In this document: in pieces, positions 53,748-64,000 of the stretch
Numbering within the stretch: position 1 is the first letter of the stretch
Layout of the letters: every line of letters starts with the position of its first letter
Assembly (NCBI GenBank): GCA_051294375.1
Contig: CM119268.1
Span: 15,091,082 to 15,155,081 of the forward strand
Direction: 5' to 3'
Length of the DNA: 64,000 nt
Source of the DNA: Paraspadella gotoi
Taxonomy: Eukaryota > Animalia > Chaetognatha
Position numbers and translations under genes: made by a program
Notes under the pieces: model-generated
Seen by the model: only the letters and a program-made list of their open reading frames with translations
Databases searched by the model: none
Told to the model about the DNA's origin: nothing

Positions 53748-56413
53748 ATGAACGTCGGCCAAGCAAAACCCTTGCAAGGACTGCGTTCAAAATTTTACGA
53801 GGTGCAATGGGAACTTTCCAACAAAATCTCCCCTAAAGGAAATGCTAAAGGTCCCACACCCGACGCTCTCTCATCCCCGGAGCAAATTCGCAAGGATAGC
53901 GTAAGACAAGATCTTTAAGTATTTCATAACGAACATGATTTGTGTTAGCGAACATTTCCCTTGTTATCCAAAAAAATTTTGAAAAGCTTCAGTATTTCCC
54001 CACTAGAGCCCACTAGATACTCACAAAAGGCAGAAGATCAAATGTGGTGCTGAGTTACTTCTGTTCTGGCAAGAAGCATGGGTGAAGATTCACAAAGCTA
54101 ATGAGGAGAACTACGACACTGCGAGACAAACGGACAGGTTGTTATGAAAACGAAAGATTCTCAGCTGACATTAATTGTACAACGCTAAGATTTTTGTAGA
54201 TTTAAAGAAAGCTGCTAAAAAGTTAGGAATGTTATTATTTTTCATAAAAAAATAAAAATCTTGGTCTCGTTTGTCCTTTTCGCACTTTTTATGCATCTTA
54301 AGCTTTAATTGCATACAGATTAATGGTGGACATCCACACGAAAATTCAGAAACAAAACGACTCACATAATTTCTTTAAAAAGAAAATTTGGTAATTTGCC
54401 TGGTAGGTTATTGGCTAGTACTAAAAAACAAGAAACGGAAAAGGTAATTAAAATTTTATTATTTACCATAAGTGATGCAGGAAGAAATTCATAAACTGAC
54501 AAGCAAAATCGGTTCTTTATGCGAAGATTTCGATATTTTTGGAAGCTGGTTATTCGAACTGGAAACATTAATGAACACTTGAGTTTCAACGCAATTACGT
54601 CAGCAAAGGTTAATTATTACCTGAATGTAAAAAATTTAAGGCTAAATTTTACTTTCGCCGACCACGGTTTTGGGTTTTTGAAAAATTATTTAAAAAATAT
54701 TTATTTTTACAAAATTTAAAAAATATTTACTTAATTACCTTACCACCTTTTAACCCTAACCACCCCTAACACTAAACCACCCTTAACCCTAACCCCGGTC
54801 GGCGAAAGTAAAATAACCCAATTTAGGTTTATTTCCATTTGCATACTTTAGTTAAACCACAGATTGGCTCTAGCTCAATATCGTGAGCGAAAAAAACCTT
54901 GATTTAAACACGGAAAAGATAGAAGCCGCATATCGTCACAATGAGAAAGTCGAAGGTATTTATTGAATACTATTTATTACTTGCAGCATTGTCCTCTTGG
55001 AGTTTCTGCTTTCAAGTGTTTTTTTAGGGTAATAATGGTATAACACGCGGCAACGGAAGACGGGTGTATGCCCGGGTGTGAGGCATCTCTCGAAAGATGG
55101 CGCTAAGGGCTTTGGACGCTGCAGTGACCACCGCATGTCACTGGGCGTGCTTATGCTGACACCATCACACTTTAATCAGCGTGACTGTGAGGGAATTGAA
55201 CCCCGGAACGTTTTGTTGGTGTCACAAGCTGTCAAGCTGTTCCAAGCCAATGGGACGAGCTATGGGCCAAGCTATACGGCAGGCGAATTTAGGATTCACC
55301 ACAATAACTGCTTTACTTATAAGATACTTCCAGTAATGCAGAACAGCTATAAAGAATAGAATTACTTGTTAATGCCTATCAAAGCTTCAAATGGGCTTTT
55401 TAATTCGAATTCGTACATTAAAGTTTCAGTATTTTAAATTTCACATATACGAATAATAGGTAAATAAACAATAGGAAATTCACGGGGTCGACTCAAAAGA
55501 AATTTAGTAGCTCAGTAAAGTTTTTCATCAATGTTGCTAAAAAAACACCAAATTTCACTTTTTAATTTTTATTGAGTTCCCTCACCAAAAAAGAACTCAG
55601 TTCAGCTAGCTTTTTAAAGTTTTTCCATTTAAAAAATTTTTCAGTTTCTTAGCTTTGTCCTTCACTCTCCGCTATCAAAAACAAGCCCTCTTTGTTGCAA
55701 ATTTTTTTACAAGTCTGGCCTACGAGTTTTGCTGACATCTTGGGCCATGTGCTGTTAAAAATATAAGAAATGTAACTACAAAATTCATATTGTTTTCACA
55801 TTTGAAAGTTTTTTTTAAGGTTTTGAATTGAAAATCTCACAAATATTCTAATAGGACAGGTACCAAAAAAAATAACAGTATTTTTCTAATAAAATCTTGG
55901 TAGTGACCAACGTATAGCACGTGTGGGTGGTGCAACCATTTCTTTGAGGTCAGTAACCGTGGATCTTGTACTATGTGAATATTTGATTTGTGCTCGTTTC
56001 GTTTCTTCTGTCGTATAGCCAAATTAAAGGTGTCGCCTCCCTTTCTCTTTTCTCCTCCCAGAGTACGAGAGTCGTCTTCATCTTAAATTACGTGAGCGCC
56101 AGAAGGCGTTCGAGGCCGAATTTGAGCAAGACATGAAAGCGTTCTGGGAGACTAGGGTTAACGATGGATCCGACAACACTCCCGTCAGTTTGCAGATGCA
56201 CGGAACTTCACCAGCTTTAAGCGAGACGAAACTTGCGGAACAATCAAATGAAACCAAAGAGGGTCCGAATTAGACTTAAATTCGTTCATTCGTTTAGCCT
56301 TACCTTAGGCCAAACAATTGTTTCGTTTTTTAGGGAATGAAGAAACTCAACATTTAAACGAATCAGAAGCTGACGAAAGAAGTCTGGAGAACTTCCTTCA
56401 AGAGTCGCTGTAG
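53748..56413 (+). CDS. DTNBP1: Dysbindin (BLOC-1 subunit) homolog, with several apparent frameshifts; exons approx. 53748-53900, 54007-54137, 54319-54401, 54473-54608, 54863-54955, 56062-56262, 56334-56413
   Basis: Peptides GAELLLFWQEAWVKIHKANEE, LAQYRERKK, LKLRERQKAFEAEFEQDMKAF and DERSLENFL align in order with remembered dysbindin motifs (GLELLSRYEDTWAALH; LKERQKFFEEAFQQDM; DQEALDVFL). Confidence 0.75.
54646..54814. mobile_element. Small MITE with 18-bp TIRs enclosing degenerate telomere-like (TAACCC) repeats
   Basis: attttactttcgccgacc ... ggtcggcgaaagtaaaat, with internal taaccctaaccacccctaacactaaaccacccttaaccctaaccc. Confidence 0.7.
55030..55306 (-). mobile_element. Twister-bearing tRNA-derived SINE-like element, copy C (dysbindin intron, antisense)
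   Basis: Minus strand: tattgtggtgaat..attcgcc hairpin, ctcgtcc, tggcttgga (A-box-like), ggttcaattccc (B box), twister, hairpins catct..agatg and atgcc..ggcat, then cgtcttcc (shared with copy D). Confidence 0.72.
55101..55181 (-). ncRNA. Twister ribozyme, type P5 (copy C); predicted cleavage between 55153 and 55152
   Basis: Reverse complement: P5 cgctg/tagcg; gtgt GA TGG tgtcagca UAA gcac GC; P3 cagtgac/gtcactg; P4 ag(c)g-U-CCA-AA-GC-cct (P4 imperfect). Confidence 0.8.
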
Positions 56414-56612
56414 GATGCATTGTTTGGCTGCTTTACGTTTAAATTTCTTATTGACTGTTATTGTTTCTTATGATGCCATTTTTTGCATCGTTTTCCAGAA
56501 AGCAAAAGCAGTTTTTGGTGATATTATTTCAAAATTGACCAGATAAAAACTATCATACATAATGATAGAATTAAGTTAACTGTTCCAACAGTTCGTGAAC
56601 TGAACTCAAACG

Positions 56613-57569
56613 ATGCGTTACGGCCGAATTATTGGGTTGACTACTTCAGCTACCTGTGTGTTATGGTGTCAAGATAACGTCGGATACGTTGCCAAAGTTC
56701 AAGGGCGTTCTATGCAGCCACTTTTTAATGCAGTCACGGTACGGTTCCCAAGAATTACATCGTTAGTGCTTTTGTGAAATTGGTACAACCAATATAAAAA
56801 TTATCCATTCATTTAATAAATACGCTATATTGCCCCTGACTTTGGATAGGGTTAGGTGGTTTAAGGCCTCCACTCTTACAAGATAATGACATAGCAGGTC
56901 CCTGCTTTTCAGCATTTGAGGTATTCATAAATAAGTTAATAACTGCGTAAAAATAATTTTTTTTATAACAAAACAATTCGCGCTAGTATAGCAAATATAT
57001 TATTTTTACCAGAAATAATAAAATCTTTTCGCATTTTTGAAGCGGTCTGAGTTGCTCGGCGAAACTCCCAAGTCTGATTACGTTTATCTCAGTCATCGCG
57101 CCGTTCGCAGTTTTGACATCTCACGCGGCGACGTAGTGACCGTCGTGTGTCCGCAAAATCCCAAAGACATTTTCATCAAGCGTGTCGTCGCATTAGAAGG
57201 CGACATCGTCAAAACAATTTCGCACAGGAAAAAGTTTGTCAAAATACCCAGAGGATACTGTTGGCTGGAAGGTGATTAAAAAATTCGAATAAATTTCATC
57301 TAATATTTTAGTGATCATTCGGTCCGACATTTCTCGATCGGTCTGAAAAACTGAATTTTATAATCAATAATTTTGATAATTATTGTATTACTGTCGAAAC
57401 AGGCGATAATCATGGCAAAAGCATCGATTCGAATGAATTCGGGGCGGTTCCCCTTGGTCTCGTTCAAGCAAAGGCAATCGGCATTGTCATGCCTTGGTCT
57501 CGAAGACGATACATCGAACACGGACTTTTGGAAGAACATGTTGACCGAATAATTGTGCTTAATGACTAG
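56613..57569 (+). CDS. IMMP2L: Mitochondrial inner membrane protease subunit 2 (S26 peptidase); exons 56613-56738, 57043-57271, 57403-57569
   Basis: VAKVQGRSMQPLFN (catalytic Ser), RGDVVTV..PQNPKDIFIKRVVALEGDIVKT (catalytic Lys) and CWLEG|DNHGKSIDSNEFGAVPLGLV. Confidence 0.92.
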
Positions 57570-57933
57570 TGTTTTCTTGACTCTTTTTTTTTCATTTTCA
57601 AATTTAATTGGTTTTTATTGAATTGTTTACAAATCGTTGTGCTCCTAATTGTTTTTGTTTATTAAACATGTTTAGAAAATTATAACTTTTGAAGTAAATA
57701 TTTATATCCCTCTTCTAAGAACTTTTGAAATATTTTAATAATCAGCTATAATATTGAAATCCTTAAATTTAAAACTCATATTTTGTTGGATATAAAGGTT
57801 TTAGAGGTCAAATAGCTAATGCTGGTCTGTCAGTGCTTAGTGCAGTAAGGTGATATGATTTATAGACAAAATTTAAACAATTTTGAGCAAACAATGCCGG
57901 ATCTGCCAACGATCATAGCTGTAATAATAATAA

Positions 57934-58169
57934 TGTAGTGGTAGTATTTCATACCCCACTACTCGTCCGAGAATCAGCAGCACCTATGGCGCCGGAGGTA
58001 GCACGAGCTCCTCCCAACCCAAAGGACTCGGGTTCGCGCCCTGCTGATTCACACAAGTAAAAGCGGGACGGGGCGTCTAACCCACCTGTAGTGTCGTACT
58101 ACAGCCCGATCCGAAGTTCGGGACCTTGTGTGCAACGGACGGTAAACTGCTCGCGGCATCGTCTTCCAC
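57934..58169 (+). mobile_element. Twister-bearing tRNA-derived SINE-like element, copy D (intergenic)
   Basis: 5' hairpin tagtgg..ccacta, ctcgtcc, A box tggcgccggagg (57987-57998) and B box ggttcgcgccc (58031-58041) inside the stem gaatcagcag/ctgctgattc, twister, and a cgtcttcc end. Flanks are (AAT)-rich. Confidence 0.78.
58050..58132 (+). ncRNA. Twister ribozyme, type P5 (copy D); predicted cleavage U58078/A58079
   Basis: P5 cacacaag/cttgtgtg; gcgg GA CGG ggcgtc UAA ccc AC; P3 ctgtagt/actacag; P4 cccga-U-CCG-AA-GT-tcggg. Confidence 0.9.
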
Positions 58170-58353
58170 AATAAAATAATTAATAATTATATATTTATTT
58201 TATTAATAAATTGTTTTTAGGTCTTTTTGTCAGTTCACTGACCACTAGTAGAGCTCTCGGGAATAAAAAATTTATTTAAGATAAGTTACAATAATAATTA
58301 TACGTGTAATAATATGATTATAAAGTTTAAAAAATATTTTATTTATATTCTGG

Positions 58354-58785
58354 AACAGTATCAGAAATTATGTATTTATAATAATATCCTTATAAAATTA
58401 TAACTTTTTATAATGTCTTTTTAGTTGGATCTGTTTATCAGCAGATCCCAACTCTATAATCCATTTTGTCGGTCCATCGGTCCGCCCCCTCAATCTTGTT
58501 TTTTAGATTCAGAATCTTCATAAAAAGTTAAACGAAAAGTATAAAAACTTTTTTTAAATTTCTGATGCCTTCGGTATTAAAAAAAGAAAAAGAGATTTAA
58601 ATTTTCAACTTTTTCAATCCCTGTAGTAAAAACTATTATTTGATGATATATTTGATTCATTTTTTGCGGTTTTAACATTTTTTTTTATGGATCTAAGTTT
58701 ATTTTTAAAAATGGGGGAAAAAATTTGAAATTTTAAAAATTTATAAGGATATTGCTACAAAAAAAATACGATTTCTGATACTGTT
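58354..58785. mobile_element. AT-rich MITE-like inverted repeat with a nested short HINE-like element (58418-58503)
   Basis: aacagtatcagaaat...atatccttataaa mirrors tttataaggatat...atttctgatactgtt. The nested element is tttttagttgg...actctataa...gtcggtccatcggtc...cttgttt. Confidence 0.55.
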
Positions 58786-61700
58786 ACACTCATAATTTTT
58801 TTAAAAAAGTTTGAATTTTGTTTTTTATATATATTTATTATTTAAAGGTACTAAAAAGTATGGTAACATCTCTAAATCTTTTCATCATTCCACCCTACTG
58901 ACCACGATAAAAGCAACGACGACGATGATGACGACGACAACATCGACGATGATTAATTGAATTATTAATTATTTATTTTATTGATTGATAAATTAATTGA
59001 TTAATAAGTTATTTTGTTGATTAAATAATGAATTAATAAATGATTATAATATTATAATAACATGTTCAGAAACGACCACTGAAAAATATTAACAATTATG
59101 GCTTTCATCATATGCAATACAATGCACGCTCATAAAAACGACTAAATATTTTGAAAACGTTTTGAAGTTTAAAAATGTATTTTGTTTCATTGTATATGAA
59201 AGTAAAAAGCCAGAAAAAACGTTTGCCACTCATTTTATTATTGTATCTCAAATCGTTCAGACAAGTACAGACGTTAAGTTTTCTCTAGATATATGGTCCC
59301 ACCCCTGTAACTTATAAGATTTTACATAATTAGAATATTAGACGAGATTTATACTTAATTGTAATTTTTTAAGCTTTAGAATTTTATGCGATACAGAAAA
59401 CTGGATCAGAGGCGTTTAAACTTTAAAATGCAATTTATTTCTTCTTATTATATTAGATCGATATCAAGTTTTTACATAAGTATTTAAATCTACATGTAAA
59501 CAAGTTCAGCCGTTTTAAAATAACCTACTTATTGGCTTAGAAAACTTCTTTTTAGTAATGACAGGTATAAATAATTATATATTTAGTCAAATTAGGTAGG
59601 TTTCAACGATTTTGTTTCTCTCTCGCGTCTTCCCCATCTCCCTCCGCCCGAAAATTCGGCTCTCAATTTGGTATATTTTCTCGGCGACGTTCTTTTAAAC
59701 TTTTATCAAGGATGAATTTTTTATTTTGTTTTTCTCAGTTTAATGGAAAAATTTGTTCGGCTTCGAAGGGCGAGAGCTCTGTATGGTTGGCAGTCGTGAA
59801 ATGAAGTTGCAATGACCTCTGACCCGCCGTCAAAACACTTTTCGCTTCTTTTTCACGCGGCGGCGTCGGCGGTGGCCGCTCGAGAGGCTTTTTTTATTTT
59901 GAATAAATTCGAAGAACGTTAACGCCGAGCCTGGAATTTGCAGGTGTGGGGATATTGGGGCATTATGGAAAAGGATGATGTGAGGAGTACAGAGAGAGGA
60001 ACGAAATTTTACCGCAATTTTTAAAGCGATAACAAACTTGGTTTTTTAAACGGCCACAAATTCATGCGCTTCTTCAATATTCGCGAAATGGAATTCCGCG
60101 CTCAAAGATTCTTTTTTTTCTTTTCTCCACCATCTGACTCAACCCACTTCTCTCTTTTCGTTCGTATCTCGTTTGAGAAAGAGCGCGGGAAAAAAATCGC
60201 AGTTTCCCCGTCAAAACAGTTGTTGACATCAACTTATTCCACGCTTGCTTGCTGCGATGAATTGCCGAAAGGGAAATGGAAAAGGTATTAGGCCAAGGAA
60301 AGCTTTCACGAAAACCAAGGCAATATTAACGTATGACTTGTAAGAATATTACAGAGTGACAAAGTCATCAAACATAGTGCTTTAACTAACAATTAACTGG
60401 TTGAAAATCATCGCCAAATAGCACGATGCGCTTCAATTTTACAATTTTCATAGTCATCATCATCATCATTCTTTACAGGCCTTAGGATTGTAGAATGAAC
60501 TATGGAACCGGCAGTTTTTGTTACAATTCTGTCTATTTCGAGCCGTTTTCTTCCTTTTCTCCCCTTGTATTAAAATGTTCGTTCTTTCGTCGATGGGAGA
60601 TGAGGACCTCTAACGAATTAATTTAGCAATTGCGGCGTCATAACCGTCGTTAGAAATGGCAGCTCGAACAATCTCATTAAATGGACGAAATGCGCCAGAT
60701 GATCTTCGCTCTGTTAGTTCGTGTCGGTTTTTCAAACGCTGTGAAAAAAAACTATTTGTCCTGAAGTTTTTAAAAATTTTCCTTTGTGAAAAATGAAGTT
60801 TTTAAATAAGCAATATTGAGAAAGAAAAATAGCTTTTGTAAGCCGGAGTGTTTTTCCGGGATGTTATTTTTTACGACTTTAACTTTGACTTGGTTCTACA
60901 TTGTTTTATATGATACTATAGTAACGCAGTCCTTTTTAGGTTTTTCCCTTTGGCTTTAGCGGATGAAAACATTGAAATTCCTCGAACGTATCCTTTTTCA
61001 TTGCGAGGTGAGGATCTTTCTACCTCCTGACCTTGCGTTGAACTCTGCGGGCGAAATTCGAAATCTGCTCGGCCGAAATCCGTGAAAATAAACCTGTTTG
61101 GACGAGGCAATCCCCGTGACCATTTGAGCAAAATGCCATAACCTCATGTTTATTAATGCTTCTTTAACCTTGGATTTTTCTCCTGGTGACTTGACAAAAT
61201 CTTTAGGCCCGTCACATCAACAACAAACCCGTCCGGGGTCATGACCGGAGCTCTGAAGGAGGGGAAAAGGTGTTGGACGAGGTGATTGGCGATGGGGCGT
61301 TGGGCAATGGCAATGGACAATCCGCCGACTTTCTATGGACTTGATGTTTTTATCAAATTTTGTAACAAATGGTTTTATGAATTTAATAGATGTGTAGTAA
61401 TTTTTTGACTAATATTATTGTGTTTTACATGTGTTGTGCTACTGTACTTACGTATTTCCGAAATGTGACTGAGTTCGAGGCGAGCCGCAAGCCGGCAAGG
61501 AGGGACGAGGCGCCAAAGCTGAAGATTAAGCTCGATTTCCAACAAAAACAAAATGCGAGGAGGGATGGAAGTAAAGGAATAATCTGGAAACCGTTTTAAA
61601 CTAAAATTGAGTAAAGAGAATCNNNNNNNNNNNNNNNNNNNNNNNNNNNNNNNNNNNNNNNNNNNNNNNNNNNNNNNNNNNNNNNNNNNNNNNNNNNNNN

Positions 61701-61801
61701 NNNNNNNNNNNNNNNNNNNNNNNNNNNNNNNNNNNNNNNNNNNNNNNNNNNNNNNNNNNNNNNNNNNNNNNNNNNNNNNNNNNNNNNNNNNNNNNNNNNN
61801 N

Positions 61802-64000
61802 TTTTTTTTCTTATCAACTAGACTCCGTTTCACTTAAAACTATAACCCTCTTTTCGTCCGGTCAGTTTTGCCCGGCAGCGACCATCGCGATCAAAACTTT
61901 TCATTCCAGAATCAGAGCGCGTTTCCTTACAATGGATGGGAACGTCTGTGGAGCGAATTTTGGAAGCTTAAAAAAAAATGAAAAAAAAAGTAACTAAGAA
62001 TCCAAAATCGGGCCTCGGAACTGTGTTTTTTTTTTGAAATAAGAAAGAGCGAGTCCGCCCAGCGGTTTTTTTCAAAACAAACACAAAAGTTGCGACTGAG
62101 AGGGAGAAAGACGCTGCCCACGCCGCGGGGAGCGATCAACCGTATATGACGAAACCAAAAGTACTATAACGTGCGAAAAAAAAAAGAGGGGGGCGGCGCA
62201 GAGGGGGGGGAAGGGGTAGACCAACGAGAACTAACCGGGCGAAAATTTAGCTTATATTTTGGGTTTCGGTTTTACTTTTTCCTTGTGGAACATTGCTGTA
62301 CGAGCGCGTTTCTCCGTTTGACTCGGTTATTTTTCTTCGGAATTTTATTGGAAGCTCGTCGTAAAACGGAGAGGCGGCGAAGGAAAAGTGAAAGACAAAG
62401 AGTGAGCATAGGCATTTAAGGTATTGAAAACTGTATAAATTCAGAAGAATCAAGCGATAGAGTGGTAAAAAAGGAAGTAGTGAAAACAACCGGGAGGGAA
62501 AAAAGCTTGCTCAGAATAGGTCCCGACGCCGGCCCCACTCACCAAAATGTTTCGACGGCAACGCTTTCATTTAGTTTTTATGCGACGCTCGAGAAAGTTT
62601 TGGAAACAACCATCGTACACAATGTTTAACCATCGCCGCCGCGGGGGGAAGAGAGAGAGAGAGAGAGAGAAAGAGCACCTTTCTCAAGGACCTACGAAGC
62701 CTTAGTTAACTGGCAATAACCATTGCAATAAATCCGCTCCACCTTTCGAATCACCCCGAGTAAAAAAAAAAAAAAAATACCACTTCGGTCCGGGAAATGC
62801 TTCTCTTCATCTTTGGAAATGGTAAAGAGAAACGACAGTACCGGCATGTTCAACAAGAGTGTTCGCGAGCGAGAAAACTTCTAAATAGTGAGGTACGTTC
62901 GTCACATGTTTGTTATGTCGGATAATTAGCTAAACTTAAAGTATATAGAAAGCGTGTTCCTTCACAGTTCCTATCTTAAATTTCTTCCCAAATTTAAATT
63001 TAGTTACGAGGGTATGGGGTCTTTTGTTATTAAATGTATTCTTGAAAAGTTTCATTTTATTGAAACGAGTCAATGTAGTTTTCAACCCGGTTACTGCCCT
63101 TATAGTTATACCCTCTCCGCGAAAAAAAATAACATCTACCTCGGATTATCCTACCCTTTTGTCTCCCTTTGTTTGTTGCGGGTTTATTTAAATGGATAAA
63201 AAAGTTTGCTTGTCTGTTTTTCACCGTCGGAGTCGCTCGAAGGCAAAACAAGAAGTCGGAATCAAAACATTATTATCGGTGTTGTTGTTGTTGTTGTTGT
63301 CATTATTTGTTTCAACAGCGTTACGAAAAGAANNNNNNNNNNCTCCCGTTTACGACGAGCTTCCAATAAAATTCCGAAGAAAAATAACCGAGTCAAACGG
63401 AGGAAACGCGCCGTAAAAAGCAAATGTTCCAAAGGAAAAGTAAACCGACCCAAATATAACTAAATTTTCGCCGGTTAGTTCTCGGGTCTACCCCTTCCCC
63501 CCCTCTGGCGCGCACCCCTCTGTTTTTTTTTNNNNNNNNNNNNNNNNNNNNNNNNNNNNNNNNNNNNNNNNNNNNNNNNNNNNNNNNNNNNNNNNNNNNN
63601 NNNNNNNNNNNNNNNNNNNNNNNNNNNNNNNNNNNNNNNNNNNNNNNNNNNNNNNNNNNNNNNNNNNNNNNNNNNNNNNNNNNNNNNNNNNNNNNNNNNN
63701 NNNNNNNNNNNNNNNNNNNNNNNNNNNNNNNNNNNNNNNNNNNNNNNNNNNNNNNNNNNNNNNNNNNNNNNNNNNNNNNNNNNNNNNNNNNNNNNNNNNN
63801 NNNNNNNNNNNNNNNNNNNNAAATTACCTCCACAGACGTTCCCTCCATTGTAAGGAATCGTTCTGGATTCTGGAATGAAAAAGTCGGCTGCCGGGCAAAA
63901 CTGACGGAGAAAGAGGGTTATAGTTTTAGTGAAACGGAGTTCTAGTTGATAAGAAAAAAAAAGTGAAAGACAAAGAGTGAGCATAGGCATTTAAGGTATT
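61802..64000. repeat. Gap-flanked local duplication with an inverted ~570-bp segment
   Basis: 61802-61960 is the reverse complement of 63821-63962, and 62176-62372 of 63343-63531. aaagtgaaagacaaagagtgagcataggcatttaaggtatt is a direct repeat (62385-62425, 63960-64000). Confidence 0.85.

Noticed and set aside
61180-61340. Fifth copy of the twister element (ctcgtcc on the minus strand)
   Set aside because: No GA-NNN...UAA or U-NNN-AA-GY twister core could be found nearby.

Overview
Eukaryotic (invertebrate animal) genomic DNA from an error-prone, gapped assembly. It has GC-rich exons, short AT-rich introns and many (CT/AG)n microsatellites. About 12 protein-coding loci can be reconstructed: a TESK-family kinase, SPAG8-like, an unknown protein, an SRPBCC protein, a kelch/coiled-coil protein, a membrane-anchored EGF-ligand-like protein, a 1244-aa TNKS1BP1/CRACD-like actin regulator, CFAP95-like, a KLF-like zinc-finger factor, MED26, dysbindin and IMMP2L. 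The most striking signal is non-coding. Four highly diverged copies (about 13.6, 40.0, 55.1 and 58.0 kb) of a 190-280 bp element share one architecture: 5' hairpin, tRNA-like/Pol III-promoter-like segment, circularly permuted (type-P5) twister self-cleaving ribozyme with a vestigial P1, then 3' hairpins. Both twister pseudoknots and the P3/P4/P5 stems show compensatory changes between copies. This suggests a twister-carrying SINE/retrozyme-like family. The window also holds a Penelope-type minimal hammerhead ribozyme, several MITE/HINE-like elements and two large inverted duplications that may be assembly artefacts. All family assignments were made by eye from remembered motifs; no searches were run.
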